A stretch of 31,804 nt of DNA from a virus (IMGVR_UViG_3300037484_001249:1-31804), one strand, 5' to 3'. Positions 7,378 through 17,716 are shown, counted from the stretch's first letter. Numbers and translations: made by a program. Notes: generated from the letters alone by a model not told the origin.

Positions 7378-8917
7378 TTGTCGTGCCATCGGGCAGTTCC
7401 TCGAACACCGCGCCGACAGCGTCGCCGCTTCCGTAGTTCCATTCCGGCGCAGCGTCGGCGTCGGGGTTGCCCCACAGCCGCCGAAAGATGAACTCCGAGC
7501 CGGACGACAGCGAATGGTCGTCCGCCTGCGTATACGTGGCTCGGCAACGGTTCACGGCTAAGGGATTCACCGTGGTCGCCTCGAATGGCTGCTCCTGCTC
7601 GAGCTCCTTCCACTCGGAGGCACCGCCGTTGTCCGCGGCCCACTGCGCCCATGCGAGATACTGATTGGTGGTCGTGTCGGGATCCGGGTCAAGGAGGTAC
7701 GACCCAATGCAGCGGATCTGCTTCGTCCACCCGTCGGGGGTCGCGCGGACACGGTAGATGCCCATCGTTCCCTTGAGCGGATCCACGGCCCCGGTACGAA
7801 CATTCGTGGATTCGCATACGAGCGTCCTCACCTTCGCGCTCGCCAGCCACACCATGTTCTTGACGAGCGAGTCGAGCGTCGAGGCTAGGATCGGCTTGCG
7901 GGAGGCAATGCTCGACTCGTCGAGGTCCACGAACGCCGCCGGGATCGTCTCCGCGCCCGGAAGCCCGAGATTCGACGCAGTCGGCGCGTTCTCGTAGATC
8001 AGCACCGAACCGATCGTGGTGTCGGTGTGCTGCGCGAGACGGAGCAAGACATCACGTGCAGCGCTGGCGCCTGGCGATAGCGTCATGCTGTACCAGGCCC
8101 AATCGGTAGTCGTGATCGAGACGCTCGTCTCCCAGTCCGGCGTGGCGGCGCCCCCGGCGCTCAGGTCGAGAAACCCGCGGAGGTAGAGCGTCTGCGTGGT
8201 GGCGGACTTGGCGTAGACCTTGGCCGTGACCGACGGCACGCGACTCGCGATCCGCACGGCCCACTGCGGGACGAGACCGACATACGACGATGCGAGGCTG
8301 ATCGCGGCGGCGTGGCGCGCTCGATCGTTCATCAGCCAGTTTGCCTGCCGAGCAAGCCAGCGGAGGACGTAGGTAGAATGCGCCTTGTCGGCGGTCGCCC
8401 ACGTTTGAGAGATCGCGCCCCAGTCGCTCGGAATCGTGATGCCGGACGGGGCACCGACCGATGGCTTCCAGTACGCCGAGACGTGGACGACATTGCCCGC
8501 CCACGTGCCAATTGAGCCCGGGATGATGTCGAGCGTGTCGGGACCGTCCACCAGCACGTCAAAGGCGTAGGTCCCGATGGCGCTCGACGTCGGGATGGTG
8601 CAGGTTGTCCGCACTCCCGTGCGCCGCGACACCACGACGACGGAGACGGAGTCTGAGCCCGTGGCTGTGTCAATATAGACGAACAGACGGATAGCGCGAC
8701 CGGGCGCCGGCGAAGCCGGGACGTATATGGTCGTACATGTGGAGACGAGGTTCCCGGCCGCGAGCCAGTCGAGCTTCGGCCCCGCGGGCGTCGCGCCGGT
8801 CATTCGGCCGCGCGCCCACTTCTGCCAGCGGACGAGTCGGCGCGCTAGCACCGCCGAATCAGGGATCCCGTTGTAGGTTTCGCGATCGAGGAACCAGGAG
8901 GTCGGAGCTTGGCTCAT
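7361..8917 (-). CDS. Tail-tip/receptor-binding-type structural protein (518 aa)
   Basis: Start reassigned to ATG 8917 (ATGA overlap with the upstream stop); beta-rich; follows the hub gene. Confidence 0.6.
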   Translation of the reverse strand: MSQAPTSWFLDRETYNGIPDSAVLARRLVRWQKWARGRMTGATPAGPKLDWLAAGNLVSTCTTIYVPASPAPGRAIRLFVYIDTATGSDSVSVVVVSRRTGVRTTCTIPTSSAIGTYAFDVLVDGPDTLDIIPGSIGTWAGNVVHVSAYWKPSVGAPSGITIPSDWGAISQTWATADKAHSTYVLRWLARQANWLMNDRARHAAAISLASSYVGLVPQWAVRIASRVPSVTAKVYAKSATTQTLYLRGFLDLSAGGAATPDWETSVSITTTDWAWYSMTLSPGASAARDVLLRLAQHTDTTIGSVLIYENAPTASNLGLPGAETIPAAFVDLDESSIASRKPILASTLDSLVKNMVWLASAKVRTLVCESTNVRTGAVDPLKGTMGIYRVRATPDGWTKQIRCIGSYLLDPDPDTTTNQYLAWAQWAADNGGASEWKELEQEQPFEATTVNPLAVNRCRATYTQADDHSLSSGSEFIFRRLWGNPDADAAPEWNYGSGDAVGAVFEELPDGTTTTSWP

Positions 8918-11262
8918 GGGGTGTACTCGTGGGGAGCGTCGCCATCGAGATCGGGCGTCGCGTCCGCCATGAACGCACACATCGCCTTCACGTGGTTCGG
9001 CTGCGAGCCGGTGTACTCGCGGAGAACGACTACGTCGCCGACGGCGATCCCGGTGACGGCACCGAGAGTGAGTTTACCGCTCGTGCCCGTCACTCGCGCC
9101 GTGACCGTCGCGTCGACGCGCTCCGTGTAGAGATCGGGCGAGTACGCCGTGACGTAGTAGGTCCCGAGGTCAGGGTCAGGAAAGGCGTCCACGTCGCACA
9201 CCGAACCCGCGCTGAACTCGTGGTCGTTGAGAGCGACATCCAAGCCAGTGACGCTCTCGACGATCCCGCTGGGAGCGAGGAGCCGGTGTTGCTGACCATA
9301 TGAGGTCTGCACCACGGTCAGGGTTACCTTCCCTGTGCGATCGTTCGGGACCTTGCGGTGGACTTCACAGAACGCGCCAGAGATACCGCTGCCTCCGCTG
9401 CCGATGTCGGGCACGCCGTCGAGCGTGACGGCGAGAAGCTCGCCGCCCTCGATGTCCATCGCGTCGTACTGGCACTCCACCTCGAGCAAAGGGAAGGGCG
9501 ACGCGAGCCGGTCGCGCACGAGGTCGAAATGCCGCAGCGCGATCGTCTCGGAGTCGGTCGAGAGCCGTGCGCCGAACTTCGCTGAGCCGGGATCATTGCC
9601 CGACCACTGGCCAGGGCACTCCACCTCCAGCGTCTCGAAGAGCCCCGCGTAGAACTCCTGCGCTTCGGTTCCGGGGCCATTGAGCTCCCCGATGAACGTC
9701 TGCCGGTACTCGTCTTCGATCGGGTCATGGTCGCAACGAAGGATTACCCGGCCCACGACGGAGGCGAGCTCCTGAGTCCAGCCCGGCAATCCGACGACGT
9801 GCGTGCCGCTCACGGCCCGCGCTGGCACGTCCGGCATTGGCGGCCCGAGGAAGCGAAACGTGAGCACGTCGTCCAGCAGTGACACCGGATAGCAGAGGTG
9901 CGTGCGCAGGATGCTCGCGAGCAGCTCTTTCGCGGTAAACGGCTCCTCGACGAACCGAATCTCGCGTGCGGCCGGGATCCATCGGTCGCGTAGCGCCTGG
10001 ATGCCGGTGACGTCGATCCGGGATTGGTCGATGCCAACCATTTCCCAGCCCGACGGAAGCACGTCGTAGTCGCCGTTCGTTGAGCCATCGCCCGTAGCCG
10101 AGAGAAGGATCTGCAGCGCTACGTCGATCGGGTTATCACCTTTCGTGAACTTGGACACCCGCTCCTCGACGCTCCCCGAGGCGGCGTACCCGATGACAGG
10201 GATGACCTCGTACACCTCGTCACCGGGGACGTGCTCGGTCCCGGGCGTGCCGAAGATACCTCGGGCATCGTCCGCGCTCGTCCCGTCGAAGTGGATCTCG
10301 TTCTGGTAGGTCGCTCCAGTGCGCAGGCGACCGGAAAGGAACTCGTCCCCAACCCGGAAGACGATGCGCTCACCGTCCGTCCAGCCCCGACCGGAAAGTG
10401 ACGACGGTTCCAGCCGCGCGATGCCGGTCGTCGGCGGTGGGTCGTCAGAGGAGCCTTCGTATGCACCCGCCGGGTCGCGGATCCCGACGGCCAGCTTGCC
10501 GCGGACCTGGCCCGTGAAGCACTTGATTCGCAGCTCCGACTCGATGGACTCCAGCGTGATCTCGAGCGTGGTGAACCCTGCGTTGAGCTTGGCGGGTCCA
10601 CGTACGGTCCCCGACCACCGCACAACCTTGTCGCTATCCGTTCCGCCCGTCGGCGCCGAGTAGACGAACGCTCGCCGCGTCGCGAGGAACCTCGGGTACA
10701 ACGTGATGATGTCGCCGGTCGTGTGCTGGTAGGCTCGCGCCTCGATCGCGCCGGGCGGCCGGTACATGCCTCGGTAGACGCGGTGTGTCCCGGCAACGGG
10801 CGTGTTCAGCGCGACGATCTCCATCGTCTCGCGCCCCACGTAGAGCAGATCGCCCACTACGGCGCCCGCAGGCAGCGTGGCGATCACCTCGACGTAGGAC
10901 GGCGCCCCCGACGCTGCCGCGGGGACACCGAGGGTCTGCCCGAGCCGCCCCCAGTTGTCGCGTCGCGCGGTGCCAGCGTAGAGGCCTCGGACGATGCCGG
11001 CGTCGTCGTGCAGGAGCGATGCTGTCATCTGCCCGATCGAGGACGTGGCCTCGAACGGCCGGACCTCCTGCGTGATTCCCGAGGGAGGCGCCAGGAGGAG
11101 ATCGAGCGTGCTCTTCCGGCGGTGCTCGTAGTAGCGCGCGGAGAACCACGAGGACGAGCGAGCCGTGAGCCCGAACGCATGCGGGATACCCTCGAGCTCG
11201 AGCCACAAGTCGAGCGCCGGAGCGTCTCGCGCGATCTCGGTAAGGAAGGCCGGGGCGACCAT
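8914..11262 (-). CDS. Tail-tip hub/central tail protein (782 aa)
   Basis: Size and position after the Dit-like gene; NPIDVALQILLS...GIDQSRIDVTGI motif typical of hub proteins. Confidence 0.7.
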   Translation of the reverse strand: MVAPAFLTEIARDAPALDLWLELEGIPHAFGLTARSSSWFSARYYEHRRKSTLDLLLAPPSGITQEVRPFEATSSIGQMTASLLHDDAGIVRGLYAGTARRDNWGRLGQTLGVPAAASGAPSYVEVIATLPAGAVVGDLLYVGRETMEIVALNTPVAGTHRVYRGMYRPPGAIEARAYQHTTGDIITLYPRFLATRRAFVYSAPTGGTDSDKVVRWSGTVRGPAKLNAGFTTLEITLESIESELRIKCFTGQVRGKLAVGIRDPAGAYEGSSDDPPPTTGIARLEPSSLSGRGWTDGERIVFRVGDEFLSGRLRTGATYQNEIHFDGTSADDARGIFGTPGTEHVPGDEVYEVIPVIGYAASGSVEERVSKFTKGDNPIDVALQILLSATGDGSTNGDYDVLPSGWEMVGIDQSRIDVTGIQALRDRWIPAAREIRFVEEPFTAKELLASILRTHLCYPVSLLDDVLTFRFLGPPMPDVPARAVSGTHVVGLPGWTQELASVVGRVILRCDHDPIEDEYRQTFIGELNGPGTEAQEFYAGLFETLEVECPGQWSGNDPGSAKFGARLSTDSETIALRHFDLVRDRLASPFPLLEVECQYDAMDIEGGELLAVTLDGVPDIGSGGSGISGAFCEVHRKVPNDRTGKVTLTVVQTSYGQQHRLLAPSGIVESVTGLDVALNDHEFSAGSVCDVDAFPDPDLGTYYVTAYSPDLYTERVDATVTARVTGTSGKLTLGAVTGIAVGDVVVLREYTGSQPNHVKAMCAFMADATPDLDGDAPHEYTP

Positions 11263-11265
11263 GGG

Positions 11266-12000
11266 TCACACGTGCCGCAGGAACTTCAGCGGGTAGGAGT
11301 AGAGCGCTGCGCCCGGAGAGAGACGATTCCGCAGGAGCCGCTTCGCCGTTTCGATCTCGAGCACGTAGTCGCTCGACGTCCCCTCGACGGATCCGTCGGG
11401 CCAGTATCGGAACCGTCCGTACCCGGACTCGATGAGCCGCTCGAGGGCTTCGTTGACGTAGCCGCCCTCCTCGGTCTGGAAGATCTTGTGCGGGGACAGG
11501 AACCCGAACGACACGCCGCGGTCGTATTTCGTGCCGCCCAACTGGACCGTCTTCACGCGGCCAGAGTGGGACCGCGACTGCGTACGGAACCACGATGCGA
11601 GATCGCCCGTGTCGTCGGTCACCGGGAGCTCGGGGTACCAGCCGTTCTGATGCTGGTGCGCGCCGGTTACACTCGTGCCTTCCACGTCGACGGCGGCGAA
11701 GCCGAGGATCTCGGCAGCATCAATCGCCTTGTTCGAGCCGCTCCCGAACCCCAGTATGAAGTAGGTCGTGCCGGAAATGGTCACGCGCCCCGTCAGCGTC
11801 GACACGGTCACCGACCAGTCGTTGGCGGCGGCCGCCGTCAGGGCCGCTTGCGCTGCCGCCGCGAGCGTAGCCGCAGAGTAGTAGATACCCGCGGCAATCG
11901 CTGCGACGTATACGGGGGCTCCTATCCGAAAGTCGAGCTTGTCGTTCACTCCCGTCGTGATCGTGACCGGCCAGAAGACCTTGGGCAGCGGCAGCGCCAT
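11266..12000 (-). CDS. Distal tail (Dit)-like protein
   Basis: 244 aa immediately after the tape measure; RFRYWPD...YSYPLKF C-terminus. Confidence 0.55.
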   Translation of the reverse strand: MALPLPKVFWPVTITTGVNDKLDFRIGAPVYVAAIAAGIYYSAATLAAAAQAALTAAAANDWSVTVSTLTGRVTISGTTYFILGFGSGSNKAIDAAEILGFAAVDVEGTSVTGAHQHQNGWYPELPVTDDTGDLASWFRTQSRSHSGRVKTVQLGGTKYDRGVSFGFLSPHKIFQTEEGGYVNEALERLIESGYGRFRYWPDGSVEGTSSDYVLEIETAKRLLRNRLSPGAALYSYPLKFLRHV

Positions 12001-12003
12001 CGC

Positions 12004-13803
12004 TCACCCGCTCCTGGCCCGGAGGTCGAGCCGCTCCACGAGGTCCATGCGGCGCGCGATCGCCGCCGCGTTCTCGGCGGGCGTCATGAAGGGATCGCCG
12101 ACGTAGATGATCACACGCTCGTGGATGACCGGGGTACCTGCGGCGAAGCTGGCGCCGCCGACCTCGCGCGCGCCGCTCGAGGATTCGGCCGAGAGCCTCC
12201 GCTCCTCTTCGGTCTCGCGCGCCGCATCGATCTCCGTACGCTCGGCGCGGGTCGTGCCGCGGGTCTGGCCGATCGCGTATGCGGCGGTCCCGGCAGCGGC
12301 GGCCGTGGCCGCGAACGTAGCCGCCGCGATGAACGCCTCGGCCGCCTTCGGGTTGCCGGTTGCGAGATGACCGAAGCCGACGGCCGTATAGAACAAGGCC
12401 TCGACGATGGACCGCTGAGCAAGGGAAGCGAGCGCCTCTTGCGCTATCTTCGCGAAGGCCGCGGCGGACAGATCCGCGCCCTCTACCGTCGCGCCTGTTG
12501 CCGCTTCCATCGCGCGAGTGTACGCGCGCGAGCTCGTCAGGCTCTTGCCGAACTCGGCCGTGGCCGCCGTGGCGAATGAGCGGAGCGCGTCCACGCCCAT
12601 CTGCCTGACCTTACCGATCGCGTCATATTCGCCCCGAAGAATCGCGAGGCGCTTGTTCGCCTCGTCCTGCGTGACGGCAGTGCGCATTGCCTCCGCTTCC
12701 GCGTGGAGCAAACCGCCTTCCTTCTCCATGCTGCGGATCTGTTCAAGCTTCTGCGCACTCTCGGTGTAGAGGGCCTCGAGCTGGCCCGCCTTGTCGAGGG
12801 CGCCCCCCGCCTCACCGAAGGCGCGGGCCTTGATGCGCGTCTGAGCCTGTAGTGTCTGGAGTCGCTCGAACTCTTGCACCGCAAGCGCTTCCTGGGCCGC
12901 GTACGCCTTCTGTTGTTCCGCGAGAATCCGGCGCGCCTCTTCGGTTTGCGCGCGAAGCCTCTCCTCGGTTTCGCGCTCGCGCGCCTCGCTTCGATCCTTG
13001 CTAGCCTTCTTCGCGCCAGCGATCTCCTCGGCCTGTATGCGTCGCTCGAACTCGGCGCGGTTAACCGCGGCATCCCTGCTCGCGACATCCAAGCGCGCCT
13101 GTAGGACCGCCTGCTCGGCGATCAGCCGGTTGCGCTCGACGATCGCCTCATTGCCCTGTTCGTAGAGCGCGACATGACTGCGGTCCGCCTGCGCCCTCCT
13201 GGCTTCCGTGTAGGCGGCTTCGTTCCCCGCGAGTTTCGCGGTGATCTCCGCCATGCGCTGACGGTCGGCGAGCGTTTTCTCGGAGAGCTCGCGTTCCTTC
13301 TGCGCAAGCCAGATCTGAGTGCTCGTCGCGCCTTGGAGCCCAGCGATATACTGGTCCGTCTCGAAGCGGAGATCCCGCATCGCCTTCGCGTGATCCTCGG
13401 CCGCCTTCTTCGCCTTCGCCTCGGCTTCCTCCTGCTCCCGGAAGTGGCTCGTCAGGAGCCGCACCCCGAGGCTCACTCCCTCGAGCGCCATCCCGAACCC
13501 GAACCCGCCCACGAGCGCCGACGTGAGCGACATCAGCACTTCCCGCGACTGCGATCCCACTGGCAGGAACGACGCGAACTCCGACACGAAGTAGCGTGCC
13601 GTGCCCGCCTCGCGCCGCTGCTCGCGGGCGAACGCCGAGAGCGATTTCCCGGCGGTCTCCATGCCCTGCGTCCCGGCCTCGACGCCGGTCTGAATCCGTT
13701 TCCCGGCAGTTCGAGCCTCGGCCTCGAGCGTACGCAGCGCGGCCTGTGCCTCGGCAAGGGAGAAGCCGATCGGGATCTGGAGACCTTCGGCTTCGGTGCC
13801 CAT
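12004..13803 (-). CDS. Tail tape measure protein (599 aa)
   Basis: Ala/Glu/Arg-rich helical protein with hydrophobic Gly/Ala segments, downstream of the chaperone pair. Confidence 0.85.
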   Translation of the reverse strand: MGTEAEGLQIPIGFSLAEAQAALRTLEAEARTAGKRIQTGVEAGTQGMETAGKSLSAFAREQRREAGTARYFVSEFASFLPVGSQSREVLMSLTSALVGGFGFGMALEGVSLGVRLLTSHFREQEEAEAKAKKAAEDHAKAMRDLRFETDQYIAGLQGATSTQIWLAQKERELSEKTLADRQRMAEITAKLAGNEAAYTEARRAQADRSHVALYEQGNEAIVERNRLIAEQAVLQARLDVASRDAAVNRAEFERRIQAEEIAGAKKASKDRSEARERETEERLRAQTEEARRILAEQQKAYAAQEALAVQEFERLQTLQAQTRIKARAFGEAGGALDKAGQLEALYTESAQKLEQIRSMEKEGGLLHAEAEAMRTAVTQDEANKRLAILRGEYDAIGKVRQMGVDALRSFATAATAEFGKSLTSSRAYTRAMEAATGATVEGADLSAAAFAKIAQEALASLAQRSIVEALFYTAVGFGHLATGNPKAAEAFIAAATFAATAAAAGTAAYAIGQTRGTTRAERTEIDAARETEEERRLSAESSSGAREVGGASFAAGTPVIHERVIIYVGDPFMTPAENAAAIARRMDLVERLDLRARSG

Positions 13804-13806
13804 CCG

Positions 13807-14163
13807 TCAGCTCCCGTGCCGCTCACGCTCGAGCTTGTGCCGTAGGCGCTGCGCCTCGTTCTCGTCGAGGATGTCGAAAGCTTCAACGAGAAGCATCGGC
13901 ATGCGAAGCATCTCGGTCATGGAGAGATTCCCGTGCGTTCGATCCCACCATCGGATCCACTCCGCCTCACGCGGCCCAAGCGAGAGCCGCGGGCACCCTC
14001 TCCACGCGCAGGCGCCGCCGTGCCAGTCGTAGGGGCGCGGTCCCTCGCACGACTTCGCGGTGCCGGAGCACCGGCCCTTGGGGTCGCCGCCCTGGGCTTC
14101 CTCCTTCGAGCACGCCCGGCAATCGAACTCCGGGCGGCCGAACGAGGCGGCGACCTTCAGGCG
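13807..14163 (-). CDS. gpT-like C-terminal extension of the tail assembly chaperone, reached by -1 frameshift
   Basis: The -1 frame after A-AAA-AAC is open (RLKVAASFGRPEFDCRAC...GCPR...LVEAFDILDE...ERHGS) to TGA at 13807, 3 nt before the TMP start. Confidence 0.8.
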   Translation of the reverse strand, partial: RLKVAASFGRPEFDCRACSKEEAQGGDPKGRCSGTAKSCEGPRPYDWHGGACAWRGCPRLSLGPREAEWIRWWDRTHGNLSMTEMLRMPMLLVEAFDILDENEAQRLRHKLERERHGS

Positions 14164-14708
14164 TTTTTTTCGGCCTCATCGAACCGCTGTGAACGGAGAA
14201 TCAGGATCGCGAGGTCCCCGAGGATCGGTCCGTACGCCTCCAGCGTCTTCCGCGACGGCACCTGACGTTTCTCGCCCCACCAGGTGACGTCTTCGGTCGC
14301 GAACGCGATCGGCTTCTTGCTCTTACCGGAGACGAGGTTGCGGTGCCCGCGCACGCCCCAGCGCACGACGTTCTCCGCCCACTCGCGGTCACGCACCAGG
14401 CGCTCGCGCCCCTCGGGGAGCTTCAGCACCTCCATGCTGTCGCCTTGGATCTCTGCGCGCTTGCCGTTCGGGATCGCCCCGAGGAGGAACACGGGGCCCG
14501 CGCCCGAGGCGTGGGCGGCGAGATCGCGCTCCAGCGCCGCCGCCTTCGCCTCCGCCCCCTCGAGCGCCGCCGCGTCTGCCACCGAATCCGCCTTCATCCG
14601 GTCGATGTGCCGGCGGAGCATCTCGAGCGTGAGCCGCCCCTCCTCTGCGATGAAGTCGAGCTCCCACGTCTCGTCGGGGTCGATCCCGTACACCATCGGT
14701 AGCGCCAT
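14157..14708 (-). CDS. Tail assembly chaperone (gpG-like, 183 aa)
   Basis: ATG overlaps the tail tube stop (TGATG); ends EAEKNA over a slippery site; lies between tube and TMP. Confidence 0.8.
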   Translation of the reverse strand: MALPMVYGIDPDETWELDFIAEEGRLTLEMLRRHIDRMKADSVADAAALEGAEAKAAALERDLAAHASGAGPVFLLGAIPNGKRAEIQGDSMEVLKLPEGRERLVRDREWAENVVRWGVRGHRNLVSGKSKKPIAFATEDVTWWGEKRQVPSRKTLEAYGPILGDLAILILRSQRFDEAEKNA

Positions 14709-15901
14709 CACAGCACCCCGAGGGATGCGGCCGGGACACCAGTCAGCTCGGACCGCTTGATCTCGCACTCGACATCCCGGTAATCGATCCCGTTCACCAC
14801 GATCGGCTTGTAGCCGGTGATCTGCACCTTCGGTGCTGCGATCGCGAAGGAGTTGCCGGGACCGCCCTGGGTGAGCTCGACGAGGACGTCGAGCGTCGAC
14901 CCTGCCTTCCAGAGCGCACGGAGCGTCGCCGTCTCGGCGTCGGCCTCGGCGATCTTGAACCCGAAGCCCTGCTTTGCTCCGGTGATCGCGAACGACGCTA
15001 CGCCGTTCGCCGCGGAGGTCGAGGGCTTCGGCTGGATCTCGTTCCCGAGGTCGTACACGAACTCGGAGACGATCCGCTCCGTCGCGCCGATCCACAGGCG
15101 CGTGTTCCGGATGAACGCACCGGCGGTGGGCATGTTGGTGGGGTAGGTCGGCGCGCCCTGCGATGAGCCCTGGCCAGCATCGCTCCAGTCGACACCCTTG
15201 AACGCCCACTCGAGGGCGAGCTTTCCCGCCGCCGAGAGGTTCTTCAGGGTGAGGTTCCCGAGGCAGCCGCGGATGTACCGGCGCCAGCCATTCGCCGGCG
15301 TGGCGTCGTAGCCCTCCGCGTCGAACCACATGTGCTGGTGCCCGGAGATCGCGTGGTAGTAGGTCGCGGACCCGTAGAGCACGGAACCGTCCACGGGGTC
15401 GATCGGGAGCGCGCGGTCGAGCGTGTAGTCGTACGGCCCGACGCCGGTCTTCTCGCGGATCTGGCGCACATGGAAGAGGCCCGTCGCCGGATCCACGATC
15501 CCGAGGAAGGTCCCCACCGCCCACGACTCGGTTGCCCTGACGATCGCCGACGTGGTGCCGGTGAGCACGAGGTCGCCGCTCTGAAGCACTTGGGTCCCGA
15601 AGACGCTCTTCAGTAGGAGCCCGTTCTCGCCCTCGCCCGCGGCGACGCCATCGCCAGCGCCGGCCGGGGAGCCGCCGAAGCCGACGCCCTCCGTCCCGAA
15701 CTTGATCTCCGACTCCTTCTCGCCGAGCGCGTGCGGGAAGTGATCGTGGTCCGACGAGAGGAACTTCCGCTCGTACTCCTTGATCGCGGCGGTGACCTCG
15801 AGCTCCTCGATCTTCGGGTAGACGAACCCGGCGACGGGATCGGCAAAGAGGTCCGCGCCGCAGGCGGCGAAGCGCAGGCGGCGAAGTGTGGACTGACCCA
15901 T
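14708..15901 (-). CDS. Major tail tube protein (397 aa)
   Basis: AAGGAG RBS; YIRGCLG...LEWAFKG, DLGNEI, GGPGNSFAIAAPKVQ motifs of phage tail-tube proteins. Confidence 0.8.
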   Translation of the reverse strand: MGQSTLRRLRFAACGADLFADPVAGFVYPKIEELEVTAAIKEYERKFLSSDHDHFPHALGEKESEIKFGTEGVGFGGSPAGAGDGVAAGEGENGLLLKSVFGTQVLQSGDLVLTGTTSAIVRATESWAVGTFLGIVDPATGLFHVRQIREKTGVGPYDYTLDRALPIDPVDGSVLYGSATYYHAISGHQHMWFDAEGYDATPANGWRRYIRGCLGNLTLKNLSAAGKLALEWAFKGVDWSDAGQGSSQGAPTYPTNMPTAGAFIRNTRLWIGATERIVSEFVYDLGNEIQPKPSTSAANGVASFAITGAKQGFGFKIAEADAETATLRALWKAGSTLDVLVELTQGGPGNSFAIAAPKVQITGYKPIVVNGIDYRDVECEIKRSELTGVPAASLGVL

Positions 15902-15937
15902 CTCGTTCTCCTTCGCGGCCGCGGCCGCGTGAGAGTG

Positions 15938-16423
15938 CTACTCGGAATCCCGGTACTGGATCTCGGCGGTGACGACGAGGCGCAGGAAACCGGGCTGTAC
16001 CTGGTCCTCGATGAGCAGCTCGCTGCTGGCGCGATTGACGGTCGTCTTCGCGACGACGCGCTGGACAACGGTCCCGGCCCAGTTCGCGGAGCGCCCGAGG
16101 GCACGGAGGACGAGCTCGGAGTCGACCGCCATGGTCGTCTCGAGCGCCTTCTCGGCGCGGGCTAGCGGATAGTCGATCGTGATCGCGATGGACGCGGTGC
16201 GGTCGGCCTTCCCCGGGTTCTGGACGCCTCCCGGCGCTCCCTCGTTGGACAGATCCCGCATCCCGACGAAGCCGAAATCGAACGAGCGCTTCCCGGCGCG
16301 CGTCGTCGGGGGCGCTTTCTCGCCGCGGCGGCGGAACTCCTGGGCCGCGTCGATCGTCGGAGTGATCGCCTCGAGCTTCGCGACGACCGCGTCGATCGCG
16401 CTCGAGATGGCAGGATCGGCCAC
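15938..16423 (-). CDS. Tail terminator/completion-like protein
   Basis: 161 aa directly upstream of the tail tube; N-terminal helix (AIDAVVAKLEAI) and C-terminal beta strand (VTAEIQY). Confidence 0.55.
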   Translation of the reverse strand: MADPAISSAIDAVVAKLEAITPTIDAAQEFRRRGEKAPPTTRAGKRSFDFGFVGMRDLSNEGAPGGVQNPGKADRTASIAITIDYPLARAEKALETTMAVDSELVLRALGRSANWAGTVVQRVVAKTTVNRASSELLIEDQVQPGFLRLVVTAEIQYRDSE

Positions 16424-16426
16424 GGG

Positions 16427-17119
16427 CTACCTCGTGCACACGACGGAGGTGGGCTTTACCTCGTCGCTGCCCTTCTGCGCGTCAGGCACGGTGTCGTACC
16501 AATCACCTGCGTTGAGGGCGGTGCTCATGGCCCGCTCGTACTCGCTCGCCCTGTCCGCAGCGTACTGGCGCCAGCTCGGGCCCCATGCCCGCGCGAGGCG
16601 CGCGAGCGTCCAGATCCGGTGCGGGCGCCGCAGCCGGTCCGGGTCCATGACCTTGTCGGGCTCATAGCCGCGCGCAGCGAGATCGTCGAGGACGTCATCC
16701 CACGCGTCGCCCACGGCATCGAGCACCTCGCTCAAACCGCCCTCGCAGAGGTCGTCGACGTCGGCCGGGAGATCCCGCTCGACCTCGGAGTACGTCAGCG
16801 TGGGCTTCAGGATACGGCGGCGGACCTCGTAGAGCTGGTCCGTCTCGTACGTGACGCCGTCAATTACGTAGCGCCACGTCGCCCGGTAGAGATAGCCGTT
16901 CGAGAGCGGATCGGGCGCCTGCGCGCCGGCGAGCGCGTACGCCATCTCGCCAGTCGTCGCATCGACGGTGGCGGCTGCACCCTCGACGGGCGTCGGGAGG
17001 TCGGTTCCCGCGGCCTCCTTCAGCGTGATCGTCGCGGAGGACGGCTTCCCCCTCGTCGCTTGCTCCGGCGCGGTCAGCCGAAGCGTGCCGCCGATCCCCC
17101 GGACGAAGCGCTGGCGCAT
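16427..17119 (-). CDS. Head-tail adaptor protein (N-terminal beta domain plus helical connector domain)
   Basis: 230 aa; position; YRATWRYVIDG beta domain then helical AWDDVLDDL...EYERAM. Confidence 0.55.
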   Translation of the reverse strand: MRQRFVRGIGGTLRLTAPEQATRGKPSSATITLKEAAGTDLPTPVEGAAATVDATTGEMAYALAGAQAPDPLSNGYLYRATWRYVIDGVTYETDQLYEVRRRILKPTLTYSEVERDLPADVDDLCEGGLSEVLDAVGDAWDDVLDDLAARGYEPDKVMDPDRLRRPHRIWTLARLARAWGPSWRQYAADRASEYERAMSTALNAGDWYDTVPDAQKGSDEVKPTSVVCTR

Positions 17120-17122
17120 CAG

Positions 17123-17716
17123 TCACTCCTCGACGAATTCGACAGAGGCGGCGAAGCTGGCCCCGCCGGCGGCCCCGGGGTCGCGCAGGGCGATCCCGTT
17201 CGCGACGCCAGCCGGGATGCGGGGCGGCCGGTCCCAGATGCTGGCCCAGGTGCGACAGGTGGGTTGGGAGGCGGCGAGCGCGGTCGGAACGTAGATCGGG
17301 ATGATCGCGACGGTCGCGCCCTGCGTGCCGAGCGCCGTCGGCTTCGCGCGCACGACGCCGCTGAAGGCCGTCGTGCCGTCGAGAGTCGTGCGTGCGAGCG
17401 CGGCGCCCGTAGCGCCCGCAGCCTCGGCGGTCACGACGCCGTCGGTGCCGGCGGCGGTGGTGCGCTCGAGGAGGAGGATGCGAATGCCGGCCGTGGTCTG
17501 GATCCCGGGCTGGGTCACGCACACGCGCAGGATGCGCACCGCCTTGGCCGCGCCCGCCTCGATGGCGATCGCGTGCGAGGCCGCGGTGTTCGCCTGCCCG
17601 GCGACGGAGACGACGTAGGTCGTCCTCGTCGGAAAGGTGTTCGCGTATTGCGCGCGTACGGACGAGGGAACGAGGAGCCCGGCCACGAGGCCGAGCGCGA
17701 GGAGGGTCTTGCGCAT
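17123..17716 (-). CDS. Signal-peptide-bearing beta-sandwich protein in the head module (decoration-like)
   Basis: MRKTLLALGLVAGLLVPSSVRA|Q signal; AGGAG RBS; Thr/Ala/Val-rich beta strands ending SVEFVEE. Confidence 0.75.
   Translation of the reverse strand: MRKTLLALGLVAGLLVPSSVRAQYANTFPTRTTYVVSVAGQANTAASHAIAIEAGAAKAVRILRVCVTQPGIQTTAGIRILLLERTTAAGTDGVVTAEAAGATGAALARTTLDGTTAFSGVVRAKPTALGTQGATVAIIPIYVPTALAASQPTCRTWASIWDRPPRIPAGVANGIALRDPGAAGGASFAASVEFVEE

Noticed and set aside
10723-12579. Long plus-strand ORFs (618 aa here; also 16619..18202, 19890..21608, 25564..27042, 27264..28433)
   Set aside because: Antisense shadows of well-supported minus-strand genes, with no motifs or RBS
14709-16439. 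760-aa ORF 14157..16439 in the track
   Set aside because: Only 14157..14708 is protein-like; the upstream part is an Arg-rich off-frame shadow of the tail terminator and tube genes, as expected in high-GC DNA
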